DNA of 47,215 bases, from assembly GCA_021463485.1 (NCBI GenBank), contig JAJTYJ010000001.1, positions 205,932 through 253,146 of the forward strand, in the 5' to 3' direction. The position numbers were made by a program, and so were the translations under genes. A model generated the notes under the pieces. The model made no database searches. It was given only the letters and a program-made list of their open reading frames with translations, and was not told where the DNA came from. Each line of letters begins with the position of its first letter. The stretch's first letter is position 1. Shown here piece by piece: positions 9,405 through 16,534 of this stretch. The stretch comes from a bacterium (GTDB taxonomy: Bacteria > Patescibacteriota > UBA1384 > 2-12-FULL-50-11).

Positions 9405-9734
9405 ATGCTTAAACGCCAGCACCGCCTGAAAAAACAGGCCGATTTTTTACGCGTCTTTAAAGAAGGAAAGCGTCGTAACTACGAATCGATTAATGTTACT
9501 CAACTAACCAACTCTTTAGGCGTTCCTAGGTTTGCAGTAGTTGTTTCTAAAAAAGTCAGTAAAAAGGCGGTTGTTCGCAATAAAATTCGACGAAGTGTTT
9601 TAGCGATCCTTGAGCCCTATCAACAACTACCACTTAGTGAAGACGTTGTGATAACCATTACTCGACTACCAGACGATCAATCCAGCCCGTATCGATACTT
9701 TCAGCCAATTATTAAACAATGGCGATCGCTGTAG
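9405..9734 (+). CDS. rnpA: Ribonuclease P protein component
   Basis: RLKKQADFLRVFKEG, PRFAVVVSKKV and AVVRNKIRR (RNR motif). Confidence 0.96.
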   Translation: MLKRQHRLKKQADFLRVFKEGKRRNYESINVTQLTNSLGVPRFAVVVSKKVSKKAVVRNKIRRSVLAILEPYQQLPLSEDVVITITRLPDDQSSPYRYFQPIIKQWRSL

Positions 9735-9961
9735 TCTGGTTAATCGAGCTTTATCAGCGGACGCTTTCACCAGATCACGGTCTGTTAAGAATTTTCTTCC
9801 CATCTGGGGCTTGCCGACACCATCCAACTTGCTCTGAGTACACAAAAGAGGCGGTAAAACGCTACGGGCCGTACCAAGGATTAACGCTAGGGCTGAGGCG
9901 AGTGTCGCGATGTCACCCATTCAATCCGGGCGGATTTGACCCCGTACCCGAGAAAAAGTAA
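9719..9961 (+). CDS. yidD: Membrane protein insertion efficiency factor YidD
   Basis: YQRTLSP, CRHHPTCSEY and RCHPFNPGGFDPVP motifs. Confidence 0.96.
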   Translation: MAIAVVWLIELYQRTLSPDHGLLRIFFPSGACRHHPTCSEYTKEAVKRYGPYQGLTLGLRRVSRCHPFNPGGFDPVPEKK

Positions 9962-9972
9962 TATTCCACCAT

Positions 9973-10722
9973 ATGGTTAAAGAGTTCTTCAAGACGATTC
10001 TGTACGAACCGTTATACAACCTGCTCATCTTTTTCGCCTGGCTCGTGCCGGGGCATAGTATCGGTTGGGCGATAATTCTACTAACAATTGTCGTAAAAAT
10101 TCTACTTTGGGTACCGTCAGTTAAGGGTATCCGTGCGCCGCTACAAATGCGGGTTCATCAGCCAGAATTGAAGAAGATTCAAGAGCGATATAAAGACGAC
10201 CGAACAATGCAAAGCCAGGCGTTAATGGCCTATTACAAAGAACACGGCGTAAACCCGCTCGCGGGCTGCCTACCGCTCTTAATCCAGTTGCCGGTTATCC
10301 TTATCCTTTACAACGTGTTTGTGGCTGGCTTGAAGGACATTCGACCAGATATCATCTACTCATTTACGCCGCATCTCGATACTATTAACACCCACTTTCT
10401 CGGTTTAGATCTCTCCAAACCAGATCGGATTTTTCTCCCATTAATAATCGCCGCCCTACAGTTCTTCCAGGCCCGCCATATGCAAAAGATAAACCCACCG
10501 ATGTCGAACGATCCGAAAGATCCGATGGTGATAATCTCGAAGCAGTCGGTTTTTCTCTTCCCGTTAATGACGTATTTCTTCGCGCTTGGCTTCCCGGCAG
10601 GCGTCTCTCTCTATTGGGGAACATCAACGCTGTTCCAATTACTCCAACAGCTCTATATCCAGAAAACCTTTGTTACTCCAAAGCCGAAAGTGGCGGTGAC
10701 AGTTCGTTCAAAAAAGAAGTAA
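9973..10722 (+). CDS. yidC: YidC/Oxa1 membrane protein insertase (short form)
   Basis: GWAIILLTIVVK, QPELKKIQERYK, NPLAGCLPLLIQLP and PAGVSLYW motifs; no periplasmic domain. Confidence 0.95.
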   Translation: MVKEFFKTILYEPLYNLLIFFAWLVPGHSIGWAIILLTIVVKILLWVPSVKGIRAPLQMRVHQPELKKIQERYKDDRTMQSQALMAYYKEHGVNPLAGCLPLLIQLPVILILYNVFVAGLKDIRPDIIYSFTPHLDTINTHFLGLDLSKPDRIFLPLIIAALQFFQARHMQKINPPMSNDPKDPMVIISKQSVFLFPLMTYFFALGFPAGVSLYWGTSTLFQLLQQLYIQKTFVTPKPKVAVTVRSKKK

Positions 10723-10725
10723 TTT

Positions 10726-10824
10726 GCGCGCTCGACAGGAATCTTCACAAGCTCGGTTCCTGCCAAGCTCCCCACAAAAATATCCCCTATTAGGGGGATA
10801 TTTTATAGCGCTCGACAGGAATCG
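10726..10824 (-). repeat. Two extra copies of the tRNA-Arg 3' end (T-loop to acceptor stem)
   Basis: GCGCTCGACAGGAATC (+ strand) at 10728-10743 and 10808-10823 is identical to 10866-10881 of the tRNA; the matches extend to 10726 and 10824. Confidence 0.95.
10776..10804. terminator. Terminator-like hairpin inside the spacer between the tRNA 3' repeats
   Basis: AAAATATCCCC-TATTAG-GGGGATATTTT inverted repeat between convergent yidC and tRNA-Arg. Confidence 0.6.
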
Positions 10825-10864
10825 CCCCAATGGGCGTTCCTCCCTTGTGCACTCATTACATGCG

Positions 10865-10937
10865 CGCGCTCGACAGGAATCGAACCTGTGGCCTCCCGGA
10901 CCGCAACCGGACGCTCTATCCGCTGAGCTACGAGCGC
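10865..10937 (-). tRNA. tRNA-Arg (anticodon GCG), no encoded CCA
   Basis: Reverse complement GCGCTCG TA GCTC AGCGGATA GAGC G TCCGG TTGCGGT CCGGG AGGCC ACAGG TTCGATT CCTGT CGAGCGC G folds as a full cloverleaf. Confidence 0.95.
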
Positions 10938-10987
10938 TGAAAACTGGTTAACACCAGTAGCTCAAAGGACAACGGCGTTAGCCGGTG

Positions 10988-11084
10988 ATCCGCTGAGCTA
11001 CGAGCGCATGAGTGAAGTAATGAACGAATGCGTTAGTAGCTTGGGCGGAACGAATATTTGCAGTATCCGCTGAGCTACGAGCGC
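10988..11084 (-). repeat. Two extra copies of the tRNA-Arg 5' end (acceptor stem to D-loop)
   Basis: ATCCGCTGAGCTACGAGCGC (+ strand) at 10988-11007 and 11065-11084 is identical to 10918-10937. Confidence 0.95.
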
Positions 11085-11093
11085 AATACGGAA

Positions 11094-11122
11094 ATTTTAT
11101 CTAAACTTTACTGATTAGTAAA
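11094..11122 (-). promoter_or_regulatory. Sigma-70 promoter immediately upstream of the outermost tRNA-Arg 5' repeat
   Basis: Minus strand TTTACT (11122-11117), 17 bp, TAAAAT (11099-11094), 9 nt before the repeat start at 11084. Confidence 0.65.
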
Positions 11123-11494
11123 TCAGTTACTAGCCGGTTCCATCTGGTTGTTAAGTAGGTATTGTCTTGTAGGCACTAGGGAATTTCTGTTTTGAGGCGG
11201 AGTTTTATATAAATATTCTTCATTATCTGTGGTTAGAATATAAAGCCAGTCGTAGCTATTTGGTGTTGGATACTTAACTACATAACCCTTAGAATTTGAA
11301 TGAATTCTTCTTAGAGCAACTTGCCTTGAACCACAATAACGAACTTGCACCCTTTTTATACTTCCCAGGTAATCAACGGCTAGGTCGTACGACGCAGACT
11401 CGGTTAACGGAATTAATGCGTCGTAACCAAGCCTTGTGAAGGTAGCTATAGCCTGTGCTACAGCATAATCACCTTTCCGCTGCGTTGTTCTCAT
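11123..11494 (-). CDS. Free-standing PD-(D/E)XK nuclease of the group I intron-associated type (PDDEXK_5-like)
   Basis: KGDYAVAQAIATFTRLGYDALIPLTESASYDLAVD...KRVQVRY...Y....YDWLYI fits the family pattern G..aE......GY.V..P......YDL.......RVQVK. Confidence 0.8.
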   Translation of the reverse strand: MRTTQRKGDYAVAQAIATFTRLGYDALIPLTESASYDLAVDYLGSIKRVQVRYCGSRQVALRRIHSNSKGYVVKYPTPNSYDWLYILTTDNEEYLYKTPPQNRNSLVPTRQYLLNNQMEPASN

Positions 11495-11537
11495 AAAGTC
11501 ATCCTAACAGTAGGGGATACTGTTTCCAATATATTTG

Positions 11538-11624
11538 CGGAGATGGTAGGATTCGAACCCACGAGGAGCTTTCACCCCTAACGCTTTTCAAGAGCGCCGC
11601 CTTAAGCCGCTCGGCCACATCTCC
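11538..11624 (-). tRNA. tRNA-Ser (anticodon TGA)
   Basis: GGAGATG/CATCTCC acceptor stem, anticodon arm GCGCT-CTTGAAA-AGCGT, long variable arm, GTTCGAATC T-loop. Confidence 0.96.
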
Positions 11625-11686
11625 AACAAGAGCAAGGCACTCGAGTATTGTACCGTAAATCAGGAGTGGGGTCACTACTTTTTAGG

Positions 11687-12370
11687 TTAATCGTGAGCAA
11701 GAGTGATCGCCCAAATGCGTTTTGCGCCCGCCTTTCTTAACGGTATTACTACAGCTGATAAAGTACTCCCGGTGGTAATAACGTCATCGCAAAGCACAAT
11801 CTCCTCAGGCGGCTTATCAACAACTTTAAACGCATTCTTTAAGTTGGTCCTCCGTTCAGCTTTTGTTGAAGTTGCCTGAGCAGCGGTCTCTCTTATTTTC
11901 TTAATTCCCAGAAATACCCTCTCGTTGGCAAGTAGTCTAGTAATAATCTCCGACTGGTTGTACCCACGCTTTGCGGTTCGTTGCTTGGTTTGTGGAATGT
12001 AAGCGTAATACCAATCTCCTTCTGGCAGTCGCCGGACTATCTCTTCGTACAGCGCAGCTGACAGGCAGGTAATAGCGTCCCACCCGCCGTCGTACTTAGC
12101 AGTGCTTAACGCCTGTTTTATTAACGGGTTCTGGTAATCGAACGGCGCGATAACGCCGTCTAGTTGGGTTGATTTGCGGCACTTATGGCACAGCCCGCCG
12201 ATCGCTGCTTTTTTACATATCGCGCAGCGACGATCGCTCATAATCTCAAGCTGTTTTAGGCACTGCGGGCAGATCCAGTCTGATTCCGAGCCACAGCCCA
12301 GACAATAAACAGGAAATAGTAAACGCTTAAACCAATCGAGTACCGACCGACTTTGACGAGCTCTTAGCAT
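11687..12370 (-). CDS. comF: ComF family competence protein (double zinc ribbon plus PRTase domain)
   Basis: Four CxxC pairs, RGYNQS, RRTNLKNAF and DDVITTGST motifs. Confidence 0.9.
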   Translation of the reverse strand: MLRARQSRSVLDWFKRLLFPVYCLGCGSESDWICPQCLKQLEIMSDRRCAICKKAAIGGLCHKCRKSTQLDGVIAPFDYQNPLIKQALSTAKYDGGWDAITCLSAALYEEIVRRLPEGDWYYAYIPQTKQRTAKRGYNQSEIITRLLANERVFLGIKKIRETAAQATSTKAERRTNLKNAFKVVDKPPEEIVLCDDVITTGSTLSAVVIPLRKAGAKRIWAITLAHD

Positions 12371-12417
12371 ATTTTTCCTTGACTTACTTGTACGCCCAAG
12401 TGGATAATATATCTATA

Positions 12418-12801
12418 ATGGCACGTAAAGAAGAACACATTACTGAGGAGTGGCTCGAAGACGAATCAGAAGAAGGTCAGCTAGCAATCGACGCCTATCA
12501 AGATGAGGACAACGTTGTCCTAAAGGCACCGATCGCCGGTGTTAGCATTGAAGATCTTGAGATCTCGATTACTGATGAGGTCGTAACAATTAAAGGGCAG
12601 CGTCGTAACGAGGCAGACGTTGAGCGCCAGAACTATTTTGTTCAAGAGTGCTACTGGGGCTCGTTTATGCGCTCTTACATCCTGCCGGTATCTGTAGACG
12701 CAGCTAAAGCCGAGGCATCGCTTCGAAACGGAATTCTCACAATCAAGATTCCAAAACAAGAGAAAACCAAAACCCGAGTACTTAAGGTTCAGGTTGGGTA
12801 G
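12418..12801 (+). CDS. Hsp20/alpha-crystallin small heat-shock protein
   Basis: EGQLAIDAYQ, LEISIT, ECYWGSFMRSYILP and NGILTIKIPK motifs; start placed at ATG 12418. Confidence 0.93.
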   Translation: MARKEEHITEEWLEDESEEGQLAIDAYQDEDNVVLKAPIAGVSIEDLEISITDEVVTIKGQRRNEADVERQNYFVQECYWGSFMRSYILPVSVDAAKAEASLRNGILTIKIPKQEKTKTRVLKVQVG

Positions 12802-12806
12802 TCCCG

Positions 12807-12835
12807 TTGCCGAGTAGCGGTATTCGCTCTACACT
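12807..12835 (+). promoter_or_regulatory. Sigma-70 promoter, probably giving a leaderless transcript
   Basis: TTGCCG (12807-12812), 17 bp, TACACT (12830-12835), 8 nt before ATG 12844; no SD. Confidence 0.6.
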
Positions 12836-12843
12836 AGCTGTAT

Positions 12844-14202
12844 ATGAAGCGAGGGGTTTTATTACTACTTGGTCTTATCGGAGCCGCTGTTGTAACGGCG
12901 CTGATTATTTTTCTAGTGCGGAGCGCCGGCGACTCTACACCCAAAGACAAAGTACTTAAAATTTGGTCGCCGTTTGACGAAAAAAAGATTTATCAAGAGA
13001 TATCGAGAGACTTTACGTACGCCAACCCGGGCGTTGGTCTGGAGTTTGAGTTTATCGACGCCAAAGATGCCAAGGAGTACGAGGCGCGTGTAGTTAACGC
13101 CATCGCCGACGGCGCCGGCCCTGATATCTGGTTAGTTCGAAACGATTGGATTCCGAAACACGCACCAAAGAGTTTGGCGGCAGTGGTCTCAAACCCCGAG
13201 GAAGATCCGATCGCGCTAGCTAAAACTAAAATCGAACCAGCGCTGGTGGACCTAAACGTGTTTGAGAATAAGTTGTACGGTATCCCGCTCACAGCCGATT
13301 CGCTGATGATGCTTTATAACTTAGATTTTTATAATAACGTCGCCAACGCCGCTGATGAGGCTGGAAAAAAGACTCTCGGGGTTACACCGACCACTTGGAG
13401 TGACCTATCAAGCCAGAGCGCAGTAGTTAGCCAGCGCAAGGAAGCAACGATTCAGCGCTCAGCGATCGCACTCGGTACAGTTGACACAACGTTCGCACCA
13501 AGCGACGTGCTAACAGCGTTTATGACTCAGGCCGAGGTAGCTATTCTAACCGAGGACAAGAAGAACGTCGGTTTTAACTTGGCCAGATTCAAGGGCGGCG
13601 TTGCCGAGTTCCCGGCGACCGACGTACTAGATTTCTATACCAGCTTTGCCAGAGTCGATAAGTCGAATTACTCCTGGAACGATACGATGGGTAATCCGAT
13701 CGATGCGTTTGTTAATCAAAAAACCGGCGCCCTAATCGGTTACTACTCGACGTTACAGACCATACTTAATCGAGATCCGAACTTTGAGATTAGAGTTGTT
13801 CCGTTGGTTCAGCGAGAGGAAAAAACCGACCGAGTTGATTACGCCACCACTTGGTCGTTTATCGTTAATTCAGAAACAACGCAGCCGCAACTCTCGTGGA
13901 GTTATCTCTCATATATGGCTAACGAGTTAGTGCAGCAGAAATACTCAGAAAAAACTAATAAGCCACCAGCGACTAAATACAACAATCCGACAATTATTGT
14001 GCCATCGCTCAAGCTACCAAGTGAAGCAGCGGAGTTAGTCCGTCTCCAATTTAGAACAGCAAAACAATTTGTAAAACCTGAGTGGCAACAGACAGACGAG
14101 ATCTTCCAAGACGCGATTCGCCAAGTTGTAGTACTCGGGAAGACCGCTCAAAACAGCGCCGACTCAGCGGCGGAGCGCTTCAAGATATTTGTAACACCGT
14201 AA
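12844..14202 (+). CDS. Extracellular solute-binding protein (sugar ABC-type fold), membrane-anchored
   Basis: N-terminal TM; LKIWSPF, GAGPDIW and KLYGIPLTADSLMMLYNLD motifs; TPTTWSDL. Confidence 0.88.
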   Translation: MKRGVLLLLGLIGAAVVTALIIFLVRSAGDSTPKDKVLKIWSPFDEKKIYQEISRDFTYANPGVGLEFEFIDAKDAKEYEARVVNAIADGAGPDIWLVRNDWIPKHAPKSLAAVVSNPEEDPIALAKTKIEPALVDLNVFENKLYGIPLTADSLMMLYNLDFYNNVANAADEAGKKTLGVTPTTWSDLSSQSAVVSQRKEATIQRSAIALGTVDTTFAPSDVLTAFMTQAEVAILTEDKKNVGFNLARFKGGVAEFPATDVLDFYTSFARVDKSNYSWNDTMGNPIDAFVNQKTGALIGYYSTLQTILNRDPNFEIRVVPLVQREEKTDRVDYATTWSFIVNSETTQPQLSWSYLSYMANELVQQKYSEKTNKPPATKYNNPTIIVPSLKLPSEAAELVRLQFRTAKQFVKPEWQQTDEIFQDAIRQVVVLGKTAQNSADSAAERFKIFVTP

Positions 14203-14498
14203 TGTTAGACTGGTTTGTAAGTCGGGCGCTAGCGTACGAGATCAACGTACCGTTAACAGGCGATAAGCGAACGTATACTACGTTTAAGGAGTATTTCCTC
14301 GATCTAATTAAATTGGCAGTTAATATCGCTGCGGCGTTGGCCGTCTTGATGATCGTCTACGGCGCATTCAAGTACGCAACGAGCGGTGGTGACGAGAGTA
14401 AGGCTAAAGATGGCAAAGATATGATCGTTGGAGCGCTTGTTGGTTTTGGGCTGTTATTGTTAATACGAGTTTTAATTCCGCTTCTAGGATTACAATGA
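14202..14498 (+). CDS. VirB2/TrbC-like (T4SS-type) pilin
   Basis: ATG 14202 coupled to the upstream TAA; AVLMIVYGAFKYATSGGDESKAKDGKDMIVGALVG is the CPR pilin hairpin motif. Confidence 0.85.
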   Translation: MLDWFVSRALAYEINVPLTGDKRTYTTFKEYFLDLIKLAVNIAAALAVLMIVYGAFKYATSGGDESKAKDGKDMIVGALVGFGLLLLIRVLIPLLGLQ

Positions 14499-15682
14499 AA
14501 AAAATTCTTATCGCTCTCATTGCGCTTATTGGTGTAGTTACGCTCCAATTCCCTGCCCACGAAGCGTTAGCAGCGCCGTCGATCCGGATCTTTAAGGCAG
14601 CAACCGGTGAAGAAGGGGTAAGTAGTTTTACGGTGCCAAAAGACGCTGGGCAATCGAGCTGGCCAGTTTATATCGCGCTCTCTGAAGCGCCGAGCAGCCC
14701 AGTGACGCTCGAAGTCAGACACCAGGGCGCCGCCGTTTTTTACTGGTCTGGCAGTAACGACTTAACTTTTACACGAGACGACTGGAATCGCCGTCGTCGA
14801 CTTGTTTTAGAGTACCAGGGGACGGCCCAACCCGGGGCACGCGGGCGAATTATTATCTCTGGCAATGGTTTATCGACGCGAGAAATACTATTTACGGTTG
14901 AAGGTACTTCTGAAAATAACGGCGGCAGCGGTAATAATAACGGTTCTGGAACTGGCGGCTCGGGCGGCGGCGATCCCACAAAGTTGGCTGAGAATATTAC
15001 GACCGACGACTTAAAGGGACTTGGTTTCTCGCAGCTAGAAATAAGCGGTCTGTTTGACAGGTTAATTCAACTCCTTCTTATACTAATTGCTCTTGGTGCA
15101 TTCTTTAGCATTATGTACAGCGGCTATCAGTACATCACATCTGGTGGTGATATGGCGGTTACGGCTAAAGCCCGCAAGAATATTACCTGGGCGATTATTG
15201 GCATACTCATCGCCCTACTAGCATTCGCCGCTGTTCGTTATGTTGCAGGTATTGGTGAGCGTGGTTCACTAGTCCAGATCCCTGATTCAGCCAATAACAA
15301 TAACTCCACAAGTACTACGAACGAAAACACCGCTACCTCTGGCGCTACTGCCGATCCTAACGGTGTCTCAATTTTGGTTTTTGATCCAAGTAACTTCTCG
15401 CCAAGCACAGTTCTGCTTCGAGACTTAACTACTCAGATTTCAGAACAGTTCGCCCTACAACTAAGCGCACCGGCCGGAGAAGTAACGGTAACGATTACCA
15501 AAACTGGCAAGTTACCGATTACTGTTACCCCAGACTCGTTTACTTTCAACGATCAGAACTGGCAGCAATCGCAAGTGTTTGGCATTAGCTACGCCGGCGA
15601 CGGTCAAAGCGGCGAAGCCGCCGAGGTAATTATTAAGACCTCAACCGGAGCCAGATATGTTATTAGAGTGGAGGCGCCATGA
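14495..15682 (+). CDS. VirB2/TrbC-like pilin fused to two Ig/Calx-beta-like domains
   Basis: Signal peptide; pilin core IMYSGYQYITSGGD...ARKNITWAIIG; flanking domains carry LTFTRDDWN and FTFNDQNWQ motifs. Confidence 0.8.
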   Translation: MKKILIALIALIGVVTLQFPAHEALAAPSIRIFKAATGEEGVSSFTVPKDAGQSSWPVYIALSEAPSSPVTLEVRHQGAAVFYWSGSNDLTFTRDDWNRRRRLVLEYQGTAQPGARGRIIISGNGLSTREILFTVEGTSENNGGSGNNNGSGTGGSGGGDPTKLAENITTDDLKGLGFSQLEISGLFDRLIQLLLILIALGAFFSIMYSGYQYITSGGDMAVTAKARKNITWAIIGILIALLAFAAVRYVAGIGERGSLVQIPDSANNNNSTSTTNENTATSGATADPNGVSILVFDPSNFSPSTVLLRDLTTQISEQFALQLSAPAGEVTVTITKTGKLPITVTPDSFTFNDQNWQQSQVFGISYAGDGQSGEAAEVIIKTSTGARYVIRVEAP

Positions 15683-16047
15683 AAATAATTCTTAGCCTAC
15701 TTGGGATCGGTTCGGCGGCAGCGCAAGATAGCGGCAGCGGTGTCACAGCTTTAACTGGCGGCGGGCTTATTCCAGAGTGTATTGCCGATCCAGAGAAGGT
15801 TCGCACCGCCGGAGCAAGCTGCCTAACGGACTCAATTACTCATTTTACAAGTTTGTTGCTGCTCGGCGTAGCGATCGGCTCGTTCGTTTACTTATTATAC
15901 GGAGCATTTCTTTATACGACCGCCTTCGGCGATGAGAAAAAAGTCGAACAGGGCAAGAAGTCGATTACGTACGCGCTGATCGGTGTAGTTATCGCAACAC
16001 TCTCCTATCTGCTCGTGCAGTTACTAAAAAATGTTTTAAACGCCTAA
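15679..16047 (+). CDS. VirB2/TrbC-like pilin
   Basis: LLYGAFLYTTAFGDEKKVEQGKKSITYALIG motif; ATGA overlap with the previous gene. Confidence 0.85.
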   Translation: MKIILSLLGIGSAAAQDSGSGVTALTGGGLIPECIADPEKVRTAGASCLTDSITHFTSLLLLGVAIGSFVYLLYGAFLYTTAFGDEKKVEQGKKSITYALIGVVIATLSYLLVQLLKNVLNA

Positions 16048-16105
16048 CCTTGACAAGGCGAACATTTCATTTCTTAATAAGAGTAGATTAATTACGGGAG
16101 GATAA

Positions 16106-16483
16106 ATGAAACTAACTGAATACATAATACCAACGGTGCAGGCTCAGTTTGGTGGTAACAGCGACCCAGCCAAGACCAGCGGCTTTACGCTCGGAGACTT
16201 TAACTTTTTACGTCCGTTTAAACCAACTAGTGCAGCTGATGCTGGCAACAGGTTTAATAACTTACTCGGTCAAGTGATCGGTTTAGTGCTAACGATCGCT
16301 GCGATCGTCGCCTTCTTTTACTTAGTTATCTCTGGTTTCCAGTACATCACCGCTGGCGGTGATGCCGGTAAAGCTCAGACCGCGCGCCAGGGAATTATTA
16401 ATGCCTTAATCGGTATTATCATCATTCTCGTTGCGTACTTGGTTCTGCGCTACGTTGGGACGTTCCTCACGGGCGAACGCTAA
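16106..16483 (+). CDS. VirB2/TrbC-like pilin (candidate major pilin)
   Basis: LVISGFQYITAGGDAGKAQTARQGIINALIG motif; own SD (GGGAG), upstream TTGACA at 16050-16055 and a downstream terminator. Confidence 0.87.
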   Translation: MKLTEYIIPTVQAQFGGNSDPAKTSGFTLGDFNFLRPFKPTSAADAGNRFNNLLGQVIGLVLTIAAIVAFFYLVISGFQYITAGGDAGKAQTARQGIINALIGIIIILVAYLVLRYVGTFLTGER

Positions 16484-16498
16484 AATTATACAAAAAGG

Positions 16499-16523
16499 AA
16501 AGAGGGCTTCGGCCCTCTTTTTT
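16499..16523. terminator. Intrinsic terminator, probably bidirectional
   Basis: AAAGAGGGC-TTCG-GCCCTCTTT followed by a T-run, between the convergent pilin and ATPase genes. Confidence 0.85.
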
Positions 16524-16534
16524 GGTAGTCACAC

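Noticed and set aside
9126-9422. 98-aa Cys-rich minus-strand ORF
   Set aside because: It is the antisense shadow of rpmH and the dnaA promoter region.
10724-10951. 75-aa ORF with repeated RARQES
   Set aside because: It is the antisense translation of tRNA-Arg and its 3' repeats.
10835-11026. Inverted similarity between two array spacers (CGTTC...CACTCAT and ATGAGTG...GAACG)
   Set aside because: Only 7-bp and 5-bp blocks match with unequal spacing, which is not enough to claim a shared element without a genome-wide search.
10726-11084. CRISPR array
   Set aside because: The repeats are two different tRNA fragments of 16-21 nt, spacer lengths vary from about 40 to 64 nt, and there are no cas genes in the window.
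10865-11624. Group I intron or split tRNA hosting the nuclease
   Set aside because: Both flanking tRNAs are complete. The extra fragments lack anticodon arms, and the 38-43 bp around the ORF are too short for a ribozyme core.
12361-12417. CIRCE (HrcA) operator upstream of hsp20
   Set aside because: Only TTAGCA matches and the right arm GAGTGCTAA is absent. The short ACTTG-N6-CAAGT palindrome is too weak to call.
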